DNA from: Mobula hypostoma
Taxonomy: Eukaryota
DNA: 64,000 nt
Assembly: GCF_963921235.1 (NCBI RefSeq)
Contig: NC_086101.1
Span: 9,054,001 to 9,118,000, forward strand
Direction: 5' to 3'
Shown one piece after another: positions 14,233 to 25,799 of this stretch; within the stretch, counting starts at the first letter, position 1; each line of letters opens with the position of its first letter. A program made the position numbers and the translations under genes. A model generated the notes under the pieces. That model saw nothing but the letters and a program-made list of their open reading frames with translations, did not search any database and was not told the origin of the DNA.

Positions 14233-15238
14233 GGACCGTACGGTAGCATAGTGGTTAGCACAACACTTTACAGTACCAGTGACCCGGGTTCATGTCCCAT
14301 CACTGCCTGTAAGGAGTTTGTACGTTCCCCATGACCACGTGGGTTTCTTCCAGGTGCTCCGGTTTCACAGTCCAAACCCGTACCGGTTGGCAGGTTAATT
14401 GGTCATTGTAACTTGTCCCATGGTCAGGCTCGGATTAAATCAGGGGTTTCTGGGTGGTGCGGGTCATTGTAACTTGTCCCATGGTCAGGCTCGGATTAAA
14501 TCAGGGGTTTCTGGGTGGTGGGGGTCATTGTAACTTGTCCCATGGTCAGGCTCGGATTAAATCAGGGGCTTCTGGGTGGTGGGGGTCATTGTAACTTGTC
14601 CCATGGTGAGGCTCGGATAAAATCAGGGGTTGCTGGGTGGTGGGGGTCATTGTAACTTGTCCCATGGTCAGGCTTGGATTAAATCAGGGGCTTCTGGGTG
14701 GTGGGGGTCATTGTAACTTGTCCCATGGTCAGGCTCGGATTAAATCAGGGGTTTCTGGGTGGTGGGGGTCATTGTAACTTGTCCCATGGTCAGGCTCGGA
14801 TTAAATCAGGGGTTTCTGGGTGGTGGGGTCATTGTAACTTGTCCCATGGTCAGGCTCGGATTAAATCAGGGGTTTCTGGGTGGTGGGGGTCATTGTAACT
14901 TGTCCCATGGTCAGGCTCGGATTAAATCAGGGGTTTCTGGGTGGTGGGGTCATTGTAACTTGTCCCATGGTCAGGCTCGGATTAAATCAGGGGTTTCTGG
15001 GTGGTGGGGGTCATTGTAACTTGTCCCATGGTGAGGCTCGGATTAAATCAGGGGTTCTGGGTGGTGGGGGTCATTGTAACTTGTCCCATGGTCAGGCTCG
15101 GATTAAATCAGGGGTTGCTGGGTGGTGGGGTCATTGTAACTTGTTCCAGGGTCAGGCTCGGATTAAATCAGGGGTTTCTGGGTGGTGGGGGTCAAAGGGC
15201 CGGAAGGGTCTATTCCGTGCTGTATCTGAATAAATAAA
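14233..15238 (+). mobile_element. HE1-like tRNA-derived V-SINE carrying an internal minisatellite
   Basis: A-box-like TAGCATAGTGG, B-box-like GGTTCATGTCC, V-domain GGAGTTTGTACGTTC..GGGTTTCTTCCAGGTGCTCCGGTTTC, 3' end GGGCCGGAAGGGTCTATTCCGTGCTGTATCT plus (TAAA)n. Confidence 0.8.
14401..15189. repeat. Minisatellite, 13 copies of a 60-61-bp unit
   Basis: Unit GGTCATTGTAACTTGTCCCATGGTCAGGCTCGGATTAAATCAGGGGTTTCTGGGTGGTGG(G) starting at 14401, 14462, 14523, 14584, 14645, 14706, 14767, 14827, 14888, 14948, 15009, 15069, 15129. Confidence 0.97.
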
Positions 15239-15519
15239 TTATAGCTGATGAAAGTGCAGTAGACATTATCTCCATGGAGTTTAGTGAGGGATTTGACAAG
15301 GTAGCAGAGAGTTGGATCACATGGGATACAGTACGATCTGGAATAGGATACAGAATTGTCTGGGTGGAGTCCTGTGACCAGCGGTTGTGCTGCAGGGATC
15401 GGTGCTGGGTCCACTGTTTTTCATCATTCATATGAATGATTTGGAGAGAATGTAGGTGACGTGTTTAGTAGGTTTGTGAAGGACTCTAAAATTGGTGGTT
15501 TCATGGACAGTGAAGAGGT

Positions 15520-16700
15520 TATTTATTTATTTAGATACAGTGTGAAACAGACCGTCCCAGACCAATGACCTGCTCCACCCAGCAACCCAACTATTTAAAA
15601 CTAGCCTCATCACGGGCAATGTACAATGACCATTTAACCTACAAACTCGTCTTTGTACGAGCGTCACAGAGTGATAGAAACGAACAACACAGGCCCTTCA
15701 GCCCACCTAGTCTATACCGAAACATTTAAACTACCTGCTCCCATCGACCTGCACTGGGACCATCGTCCTCCAACTCCTACCATCCATGTACCTGTCCAAA
15801 CTTCTCTTAAATGTTTAAATCGAGCTTGTATGAACCACTTGCACTGGCAGCTTGTTCACACTCTCACAACCCTCTGAATGAAACAGTTTCCCCTCATATT
15901 CCCCTTAAACTTTTCATCTTTCACCTTTAACACATGACCTCTGGTTGTAATCCCACCCAACCTCCGTGGAAGAAGCCTGCTTGCAGTTACGCTATCCATA
16001 CCCTCATAATTTTGTATACCTCTATTAAATCTCTCCTCAGTCTTCTATGTTACAGGAATAAAGTCCTGAACTATTCAATCTTTCCTTATGTCTCACGTCC
16101 TCCAGTCCTAGCTACATCCCTGTAAATTTTCTCTGTACTGTTTCAATCTTGTTTACATCTTTCCTGTAGGTAGGTGACCAAAACTGTACACAATATTGCA
16201 AATTAGGCCTCACCAGGTCTCATACAACTTCAACATAACATCCCATCTCCTGTATTCAATACTTTGATTTATGAAGCCCAATGTGACAAAAGCTTTTTTT
16301 TTTTAACATTATCTACCTGTGACACCACTTTCGATGCACTATGGCCCTGTGTTCCCAGATCTGCTGTGGAACAGAGTCCTCAGTGCCCAACCATTCACTG
16401 TGTAAGACCTACACTGGGGTCCTACAGAAGTGCAACAGCTCACACTTGTCTACATTAAATTCCAGCTGACACTTTTCAGCCCATTTTTCCAGCTGCTCCA
16501 GATCCCACTGCAAGTAATGATGGTCTTCCTCGTGTCCACTCCTCCCCAATCTGAGGGATGAATCGCAAGCACCCAGAGGAAAAGCACGAGGTCTCGGGGA
16601 GACCGTACAAACTCCTTACAGATGGTGTCGCAATTGAACTCTGAACTCCAGAACGCCCCATGGTGAAACAGTATTGTGTTATCCACTATATAACCCTGTT
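15520..16700 (-). mobile_element. HE1-like SINE split by a CR1 3' fragment (~15660-16530)
   Basis: (TATT)n tail and SINE 3' half at 15520-15655; SINE 5' half (GTACAAACTCCTTACAGA) at 16560-16700; CR1 3' end between them. Confidence 0.7.
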
Positions 16701-17419
16701 GCTTATGCTTTGTCCAAGATTACAATGAGATCTTGATTAATTGGGTCTCTGGGCCATTGGATGGAAATTGATTTTAATTCAGATATGAGGGTGTTGCATT
16801 TTGGAGGGTAAACCAGGACCAGATTACACAGGAATCAGTGGGGCCCTGGAGAGTGTTGTGGAACAGAGAGACCAGGAGGTGATTGCCTTCATCAGTCAGA
16901 ATACTGAGTACAGGAGCTGGGACTTTACGTTAAGAGTGTACAAGACATTGGGAAGGCCACATTTGGAGCAGAGTAATACACACAAACTGCTGGAGGAAAT
17001 CAGCAGATCAGGCAGCATCTATGGATATGAATAAACAGTCGATGTTTTGGGTCAAGGTTTTGTGTGTGTTGCTTTGGATTTCCAGCATCCGCAGACTTTC
17101 TCGTCTTTATGATTTGGATCACTCTGTACAATTCTGGTGATCTTTCTGCAGGAAGAATGTCATTAAACTGAGAGGGTATAGAACAGATTTACAAGGATGT
17201 TACTGGGACTGGAGGGTTTGGGTTATAAGGAGAGGCTGGATATTCTGGGTCGTTTTCCTGGAGCTCAGGAAGCTGCAAAGGAAATTGTAGAGGTGGGTAG
17301 AGTTACAATGATTTAAAAGACATCTGGACAGGCACATGGGTAGGAAAGGTTTGAAGGAATATTGAGCAAATAGAGGCAAATGGAACAAGTTCATTAAAGT
17401 GAGTTGGTCAGCATGAATG

Positions 17420-17630
17420 AATTCTGCCTGACCTCCTCTTTAAATGCCTCCAGTGTTTACTCACTCCATCCTCATCTGGATCCAGTTGTTGCTCCTCTCC
17501 TTCCTCATACCCGTTTCCACTGCTATCTCCCGTCTTTCTTTCCAATCTTGAGGTAAGGTCTCTGCTTGAAATCTCCCTTAACACATGCTACTTGACCCGC
17601 TGAGATCCTCCAGAATCTAGTGTGTTGATC
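17420..17630 (+). mobile_element. Decayed Penelope terminal repeat
   Basis: ATGCTACTTGACCCGCTGAGATCCTCCAG matches the terminal-repeat end of the other Penelope copies; degenerate hammerhead core at ~17543-17572. Confidence 0.6.
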
Positions 17631-17844
17631 AGGAAAAATCCGCTCTCCATGGCGGGGAAAAACCTCGTGAAGATGCTGGTTGTCCATCCGCTGTGTTTGT
17701 GTAAAACCCGGGAAAGGGTCCTGTCGGCCACCCGACTGTGCCTGAGGCCCAGCGGCCTCTCCCCCGGTCCGGTCCCGGGGCCGCGCTGCCCGAGTCTCCC
17801 CCCCGATCCCCGGGGACTCTCTAATTCTCTGCTTCTCCCCCCAG

Positions 17845-18377
17845 TCTCTGTCACCCTGGATGTGGAAACGGCGCATCCGCTGCTCGAGGTGTCTGAGGAT
17901 CGTAAGAGTGTGAGACGGACCGAGACCCAGAGGAGTCTCCCTGACACCGGGAAGAGGTTCACAGACTGGGCTTGTGTGCTGGGATCGGAGGGGTTCACAT
18001 CGGGGAGACATTACTGGGAGGTGGAGGTGACGGGGAATCGGTGCTGGGGTCTGGGAGTCGCCGCAGAGTCTGTGGAGAGGAAGCGATGGGTCACACGGAG
18101 TCCGGAGACCGGATTCTGGATCATCGGGCGGGATGGTGACGAGATGAAGGTTCTCACCTCCCCTGAGTCCCGTCTCCCTGCCGGTCCCATCCCCGGGAGG
18201 GTGGGAGTTTATCTCAGTTACGAGTCCGGGACAGTTTCAATTTACAACGCGGAGACCAAGTTCCATCTCCACACCTTCACTGGGAACAAATTCACGGAGA
18301 AACTTTATCCTTTATTCGGGACAGTATATCCAAACGAGCGGCTGAGAATCTGCTCTGGTTCCGCTCCGGGTCTGTAA
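17845..18377 (+). CDS. Terminal PRY/SPRY (B30.2) exon of a TRIM gene (zinc-binding protein A33 / nuclear factor 7 / TRIM39-like)
   Basis: Polypyrimidine tract and CAG acceptor ending 17844 (phase 1); open frame VSVTLDVETAHP..RFTDWACVLGSEGFTSGRHYWEVEV..GVYLSYESGTVS..LYPLF ending TAA. Confidence 0.93.
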
Positions 18378-18441
18378 ACGGGTCGGGTCCGGGACCGGCG
18401 TCAGGAGTAAGTCAGTGTAAATATAAATGTGCGAAGAGTGA

Positions 18442-18447
18442 AATAAA
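18442..18447 (+). terminator. Polyadenylation signal of the SPRY exon
   Basis: AATAAA ~65 nt after the stop; conserved in the paralogue at 49850-49855. Confidence 0.7.
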
Positions 18448-18679
18448 CACGATGTGAGAATTATCGATCCATTAATTTTAACTCGTTCACCGCATCAGTC
18501 AACGGAACAGAAACACCGCGGATTCAGCAGCAGCCGCGGGCGGCGGGTCCTGAGCTCCCCGGCTCCGCCGGGTGCTAAAGTCCACCGGGACTGACCGGGT
18601 AACTGGGACAAGTGGTGGTGGGGCTGACTGGGAGAGGGAGGTCACGGTGAATCTTGGTAACACGGGACATGTACTGTCG

Positions 18680-19110
18680 GAAACACACGAAGCGGCGGGA
18701 TCTCCCAGTGTGTCAGGTAACATCTGTGGAGGGAAATGGACAGGTGAGGGGTGGATCCAGGTGAGGGGTAATAGATGAGGGAGGGGTGGAGTTTGGAAAT
18801 GTGTCAGAAACTGGGAGGTGAGAGGTGTCAGTGACAAAGGGCTGAAGATTTTGGAATCTGACAGGAGGGGAAAGTGGAGGCCGGAGTAAAGGGAGGGAGG
18901 TGGGGAGGAGTGTGTGGGTGATGGGGAACAGAGAGGGTGGGGGAGGGAGGGGAAAGAGATAGGGTGATGGGGCTGGTGGATCAGGAGGAGAGAGACATTT
19001 ACATAGCAAAAGTGACAGGGAACAGCTACCAAAAGTTTCAGAATTCGGTGTTGATGCTGTCAGGTTGACGATCACCCTGACGGGACATGGGGAGCTGTTC
19101 CTCTAATTTA
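18680..19110 (-). mobile_element. Old Penelope 3' end / terminal repeat
   Basis: Purine-rich tract ending in a decayed equivalent of the QPDGMNIDFSNFR end; also present in the paralogous flank at ~50060-50550. Confidence 0.65.
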
Positions 19111-19879
19111 TGAGACAAATAGAGCCGGGATCTCTACGTTAAATCAGATATTCATTTTGGGACACAGTTTATACCCAGGAATGCAGGAAAAACACAGAGA
19201 CGTGGACATGATATTTTGGAGCCGGAAGTGTGGCAACACATGCAGGCTGATCCCAGCACAATCCTCGGGCAGACTGTGTTGGTCATTGACGCAATGGAGA
19301 AATGTAAATGGTGATGTCCCCTGTGTGTATTTGTGTGTGGTGGAGACAGAGAGAGAGTCTGAGACTTGCTCCAGGCTCCCCAGGTAGATGCAGGGATGAT
19401 GTTTCTGGTAACGGGAGTGTCAGGATGAGGAGGCACAGTGAGGGGACGACCATTCAGAGGTGAATAAATGTATTTACCCAGCTCATAATCTAACAGGGCT
19501 CTGCACATTTACACATCAACTATGTTGAGGAGAGATGTGGATAGTGTTTTGGATTCAGAGGTCGATCCAGATTCTCCTGAAGCCCTTGAGCCCTGGTAAC
19601 ATTCCTGTGAATCTTGTCTGCACACATTCCAGCTGAATGTCATCCTTTCTACAGCTCGGTGACCAGAACTGCACCCAGTACTCTGAGTGTGGTCTCACCA
19701 ATGTCTTGTACAACTGTAACGTGACAAACTATCTCATGTACTTAATGCCCTGATGAAGGCCAGCGTACCATACACCTTCTTCACTACACTGTCTACCTGT
19801 GTCTCTACTCTCAGGAACTATGTACTTGTTCCCCTGGGTATTTCTATTCTACAACACTCCCCAGGGCCCTGACATTCAT

Positions 19880-20466
19880 CAGTGAGACCCGACATGGATT
19901 GGGAGTCTGCTTCACCAAGCACCAGAAAAAGCTGGATCCCAGTAGCCACCCATTTTAATTCCACTGCCTATTCCCATATGTCCATCGAGGGCCTCCTCTA
20001 CTGTCACGATGAGGCCACACTCAGTTGGAGGAGCGATATCTCATATTCCGTCTGGGTAGCATTGAAGCTGATGGCATGAACATCGATTTATCGAACCTCC
20101 AGTAATGGCCACCCCTCCTTCACCATTCCCCGTGCCCTTTTCCCTCTCTCACTTTATCTCCTTGCCTGCCCATCACCTCCCTCTGGTGCTACTCCCACTT
20201 TTCTTCCATGACCTTCTGTTCTGTCCTGTAGGACTCACCCTTCTCCAGTCCTGGATCTCTTTCACCCAATCACCTTCCCAGCTTCCGGTTTCACGGATCA
20301 CCTCGTGTTCTCCCCCTGCCCCCCCCCCACCTTTCAAATGTGATTCCTCATGTTTTTTCCTCCAGTCCTGCTGAAGAGCTTTGGCCTGAAACGTCGACTG
20401 TACTTTTTCTCATAGATGCTGCCTGCCCTGCTGAGTTCCTCCAGCATTTTGTGTGTGTTGCTTGGA
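19880..20466 (+). mobile_element. Penelope-like element 3' fragment (GIY-YIG end and terminal repeat)
   Basis: PVATHFNS..SHMSIEGLLYCHDEATL, pyrimidine-rich repeat, hammerhead motif, CTGAGTTCCTCCAGCATTTTGTGTGTGTTG end. Confidence 0.85.
20363..20400 (+). ncRNA. Minimal type I hammerhead ribozyme, core-mutated
   Basis: CAGTC-CTGCTGA-AGAGCTTTGGCCT-GAAA-CGTC-GACTG: stem I perfect, but CUGANGA is changed to CUGCUGA. Confidence 0.6.
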
Positions 20467-21790
20467 TTGAATTGAATTGACTTTATTTCTTACATCCTTC
20501 ACATACATGAGGAGCAAAAATCTTTACATTACCTCTCCATCTAAGTGTGCAATCATAGTAATTTATAATAAATAGAACAGTCAGTGTAACATAGAAATAC
20601 ACTCAAATCAGTGTGAGTTAATCAGTCTGATGGTCTGCTGGAAGAAGCTGTCTCGAACCCTGCTGGTCCTGGCTTTTATGCTGCGGTACCGTTTCCCGGA
20701 TTGTAGCAGCTGGAATAGATTGTGGTTGAGGTGACTTGGGTCTCCAATGATCCTACGGGCCCTTTTTACACACCTGTCTTTGTAAACGTCCTGAATCATG
20801 GGAAGTTCACAAGTACGGATGTGCTGGGCTGTTGGCACCACTCTTTGCAGAATCCTGCGATTAAGGGAGGTACAGTCCCCATACCGGTCAGGATGCTCTC
20901 AGTTGTGCCCTTGTAGAAAGTACTTAGGATCTGGGGGCCCATACCAAACTTCCTCAACTGTCTGAGGTGAAAGAGGCGCTGTTGTGCCTTTTTCACCACA
21001 CAGTTGGTGTGTACAGACCACGTGAGGTCCTCGGTGATGTGGATGCCGAAGAACTTGAAGCTGTTCACCCCCTCAAACCCAGATCCATTGATGTCAATAT
21101 GGGCTCGCCCGTCTCCTTTCCTCCTGTAATCCACAACCAGCTCCTTTGTTTTTGCGACATTGAGGGAGAGGTTGTTTTCTCGACACCACTGCGTCAGAGA
21201 GATAACTCCTCCCCTGTGGGCCACCTCGTTATTGTTTGAGATTAGGCCAATCAATGTAGTGTCGTCAGCAAATTTAATTAGCAGATTAGAGCTGTGGGTG
21301 GCGACACAGCCCTGAGGAGCTCGTGTATAGAGAGTCAGAGGGGTGGAGGTGAAGGAGCCCACTCTTAACACCTGCTGGCGATCTGACAGGAAGTCCAGGA
21401 TCCAGCTGCACAAGGCAGGGTCAAGGCCGAGGTCTCTGAGCTTCCTGTCGCGCCTGGAGGGAATTATGGTGTTGAATACTGTAGTCCAATAACAGCATTC
21501 TCACATAAGCATCCCTCCTCTCCAGATATGTAAGGATGGTATGTAGAGCAGTGGCTATTGCATCGTCTGTTGATTGCTTGTGTCAGTAGGCAAACTGTAG
21601 GGGGTCCAGTGTGGATGGCAGCTTGCTGCAGATGTAATCCTTGACCAGCCTCTCAAAGCATTTGCTTATTATTGAGGTGAGTGCAACAGGATGTCAGTCG
21701 TTCAGGCATGTTACCTTGGTCTTCTTTGGTACAGGGACAATGCAGGATAATTTGAAGCAGGAAGTTACTCTACACTGGGAGAGGGAGAGA
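20467..21790 (-). mobile_element. Rex1/Babar-type LINE, 5'-truncated
   Basis: WILDFL, KFADDTTLIGLISNNNE, NNLSLNVAKTKELVVDYR, AQQRLFHLRQLRKF; (TTGAA)n tail. Clade assigned by motif recall. Confidence 0.8.
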
Positions 21791-21845
21791 TTAACTATTT
21801 CCAGCATCTGCAGATTGTCTCTTGTTTATAATTTCACGGTGCAGG

Positions 21846-21878
21846 GTCGCCACCTGCTGCTGGAAACCGGTACTGCAG
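21846..21878 (-). promoter_or_regulatory. CTCF-like site with upstream motif
   Basis: Minus strand reads CTGCAGTACC-GGTTTCCAG-CAGCAGGTGGCGAC; paralogous copy at 52696-52728. Confidence 0.6.
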
Positions 21879-22025
21879 GAAGAGCAGAAACACAATGCTG
21901 TAACTCGGCAGGAATGTGGGCATCGGTAGCGGGGCCAACATTTACTGCCCGCCGACTGCCCAAAAGAAAGTCGAAATGATGTACTTGTGGCCCACTCGTA
22001 CACAGACAGATCGCTAAACGAGGAA

Positions 22026-24310
22026 GGAATCAGAATCAAATCCCGTTGATTATATTATCACCGGCTTGTGTTAGCTTAGCAGCAGCAGTTCAATTCAATA
22101 CATAATATAGAAGAACAAAAAATAATAAGTAAATGAATAAGTAAATCAATTGCAGTATATGTTTATTGAATAGATGAAAAATCATGCAAAAACAATTATA
22201 TTAAAAAAGTGAGGTAGTGTTCACGGGGTCAATGTGCATTTAGGAATCGGAAAGCAGAGGGGAAGAAGCTGTTTCTGAATCGCTGAGTCTGTGCCTCCTG
22301 CCTGATGGTAACAGTGAGAAAAGGGCATGCCCTGGGTGCTGGCCGTCCTCGATAATGGACGCTGCCTTTCTGAGACACCGCTGCTTGAAGATCTAGGTAC
22401 TCTGTAGGCTTGTACCCAAGATGAAGCCGACTATATTTACCACCCTCTGCAGCTTCTTTTGGTCCTGTGCAGTAGCACCCCCACCCCCCCCTCATACCAG
22501 ACAGTGATGCAGCCTGTCAGAATGCTCTCCACGTTACATCTAGAGAAGTTTTTGAGTATATTTGTTGACATACGAAATCTCTTCAAGCCCCTAATAAAGT
22601 ATAGTCACTGTCTTGCCTTCTTTGTAGCTGCATCTATATGTTGGGACCAGCTTAGGTCCTCAGAGATCTTGACACCCAGGAATTTGAAACTGCTTCCTCT
22701 CTCCAATTCTGATCCCACTACGAGGATTGGTATGTGTTCCTTCCTCTTACCCTTCCTGAAGTCCACAATCAGCTCTTTCATCTTACTGAGTGACGTTGAG
22801 TGCAAGGTTGTTGTGACACCACTCCACTAGTTGGTATATCTTGCTCCTGTACGCCTTCTCAACTCCATCTGAGATTCTACAAACAATGGTTGTATCATCA
22901 GCAAATTTATAAATGCTCTTTGAGGTCTGCCTAGTCACACTGTCATTGGTATTGAAGAGTAGAGCAGTGGGCTAAGCACACATCCCTGAGTTGCATCAGT
23001 GTTGATCCTCAGTGAGGAGGATATATTGTCACTGATCCGCACAGACTGTGATCTTGCAGTTGGGAAGTCGAGGATCCAATTGCAGAGGGAGGTACAGAGG
23101 TCCAGGTCACCGGCATGCGTCATAACATTTGTATCTTATCGGCAGCGGTACGATGCAATACATGACAATATAGAAAAAAAAGTAGATCTGTCACAGAGAG
23201 TATATATCTGTATTGAACAGTGAAATTAAAACATTGCAAACGCAGAAATAATATATTAAAAACTGAGGTAATGTTCAATGTTCATTTAGGAATCGGATGG
23301 CAGAGGGGAAGAAATTGTTCCTGAATCGCTGAGTGTGTGCCTTCAGGATTCTGTACCTCCTTCCTGATGGTAACAAGGAGAAGAGGGCATGTCCTGGGTG
23401 TTGGGGGTCCTTTCTGACGCACCGCTCCTTGAAGAAGTTTTGAATACCATGGAGGCTAGTACCCAAGATGGAGCTGACTAATTTTACAACTTTATGTAGC
23501 CTCTTTTGAACCTGTGCAGTCGCACCCCCCGCACCTTCCCCAAACCAGACAGTGATGCCGCCTGTCAGAATGCTCTCCATGGATCATCTATAGAAGTTTT
23601 CCACTGTTTTAGGTGACAAACCAAATCTCCTCAAACTCCTAATGAAATATAGCTGCTGTTCTGGTTAGACCAGATTAGATCTTCAGAGATCTTGACAGCC
23701 AGGAACCTGAAATCGCTCACTCTCTCCAATTCTGATACCTCTTTGAGGACCGGTTCATGTTCCCTCGTCCTACCCGTTCTGAAGTCCACAATCGGTTCTT
23801 TGGTCTTACTGACGCTGAGTGCAAGGTTGTTGCTGTGACTCCACTCAACCAGCTGGAATATCTCGCTCCTGTACGCCCTCTCGTCACCACCTGAGATTCT
23901 GCCAGCAATGGCTCTATCATCAGCAAATTTATAGATGGCATTTGAGCTACACCCAGTCACACAGAGAAAGTAGAGCTGTGGGTTGAGTACACATCCCTGT
24001 GATGTGCCAGCATTGATCGTCAGCGAGGTGGAGATATTATTACCAATCAGCACATATTGTGGTCCTCCAGTTTGGAAGTCAATGATCCGAATGCAGAGGG
24101 AGATACAGAGACTCAGGTTCCGTAGCGTATTGATCAGAGCTGTAGGAATGAGGATGACTGAGCTACAGTCAATGAACAGCATCCTGACGTAGGTATTTGT
24201 ACTGTCCAGGTGACCCAAGGCCATGTGGAGAGCCATTGAGATCGTGTCTGCTGTTGACCTATTGTGGCGATAGGCAAATTGCAGTGGGCCCAGGTCCTTG
24301 CTGAGGCAGG
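22026..24310 (-). mobile_element. Two or more stacked decayed Rex1/Babar-type LINEs
   Basis: LQFAYRHNRSTAD, YVRMLFID, KFADD, KELIVDFRK, HTQRFRNNFFPSAIRFLN; (GAATCA)n tail at ~22026. Confidence 0.78.
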
Positions 24311-25479
24311 AGATGCATCTAGCCAGCATTTTGTGTGTTGCTCTGGATTTCAGCATCTGCAGCCTGTCGTGTCTCCAGACTGTCACGGTGCCTTGTACAC
24401 ACGACAATAAATTCAGCATGACTTCACTTGATCTTACTTCACTTCGAGGACACCTCTCTTACATCCTCCCAGTCTTTTTGCACAATCAGAATCCCTCACT
24501 CAAGTAAACTTCCACAGATGTACTGTAGGGAGCATTCAGTCTGGGTACATACTGACTGTGTGGAGGTACCATTGCACAGGATCGGAAACCATTACAAAGG
24601 TTTGAAAACTCAGCCGGCTCCATCATGGGCACTAGCCTCCCCGCCATTATGGATATCGTCAAATGAGGCTGCCTCAGGAGTGTGGAGTCCATCATTAAAA
24701 TCCTCGCCATCCAGGACAAGTCCGCTGACAAATCCTGTCTTCCTAAAATGCAGTGAGTAGAATTGGAGTCCAGTCTCTATCGCTCAGCTGCGGAGACGTT
24801 CCCATTGTTTGTAATTTCCCCTGCCAGAGTTTCTGTTCACAGCTTTTGCTCTCAGCTTTGCTTCCTTGTTCACCTGTCCTCTCTTTCAGAAGAGATATGA
24901 CTCACCAGTCTCCCCCACCCCCTCAGACATAGCGCTAATCTATTTTTCTCCTGTCCTCTGTCTCACCTAATAACTTGACATTCTAGTTGTTCATCATTAC
25001 AGCTTCTTGTGTGGGTTAAGTCTGGTAACACACGACTGTAATTCTATCCCATTGCCTTCTCATTCTGAAACTTGACTTCCTTCAGAACCTGTTGACCTAA
25101 ATCTGCTCTTCACTCTTTGACAGCCAGTTTCAAGTCAGCTGCTGAACACGTTTCTTTTCAAAGTGTTTGACTGTTGTACTCCAGGGATGATCGGTTCCCT
25201 CGCCTGGCCCATTTTGTCTCTCATCCTTCACTCCTGGGTCGGGTGGCTTGACGATCAGCTTAGCAGGGGAAACTCTGGGACGATGATATTGCCAAGAATT
25301 TGAAGTCTTGTCCAATCCAGAGGGGGTAAGGAAGGCAGTTGTCCTCCCTGAACAACATTTGTGAATGTAAATTGGCTTTTCTTGTCACATTGAAACATAC
25401 AGTGAATTGGGCTGTTTGTGTCAATCACCAACACATTCTGTGTGCTCAGGCCAAGAATCACCACAATTCTGGCACCAAG

Positions 25480-25665
25480 ATAGCACGCCCACAACTTACT
25501 GACCCTAACCTACACATCTTTGGTGTGTGGGAGGAAACCGGAGCATCCAGAGGAAACACACACAGTCACAGGAAGAATCTACAAACTCCTTACAGACAGC
25601 AGCGGGAATTGACCCCGGGCCAGTGGCTCTGTAATAGCGTTACACTTACTGCTGGGCTACCGTGA
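25480..25665 (-). mobile_element. HE1-like V-SINE
   Basis: GGGAGGAAACCGGAGCATCCAGAGGAAAC..ACAAACTCCTTACAGACAG..GGGAATTGACCCC is the reverse complement of the SINE head and V domain. Confidence 0.75.
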
Positions 25666-25799
25666 CACCCGAATTGGGTGGGTTTTCACAACAATCCTGT
25701 AAAAACGTCACCATCAGCGATGCTAGTATTTACTTAAGGCTAGGTTTAGTTGATATTACATCCTTAGTCAATAGTGAAAAGGTTCGAGCACTTTTGTCA

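Larger units (their letters stand above)
13880..17415 (+). mobile_element. Old CR1 ORF2 broken by SINE, CR1 and Penelope insertions
   Basis: KSPGPDRVYPRTL and YRPVSLTSV (13880-14230), RT motifs resume at ~15245, C-terminal YKTLGRPHLE at ~16940. Confidence 0.75.

Noticed and set aside
14233..14310. tRNA gene
   Set aside because: Only degenerate A and B boxes of a SINE head; no cloverleaf.
14401..15189. CRISPR-like array or repetitive protein ORFs
   Set aside because: Units are contiguous with no unique spacers, there are no cas genes and the context is eukaryotic; the ORFs are translations of the minisatellite.
17545..17558. AG/GTAAGG as the donor of the TRIM penultimate exon
   Set aside because: It lies inside a decayed Penelope hammerhead core and the upstream sequence has no TRIM-like coding; cryptic use cannot be excluded.
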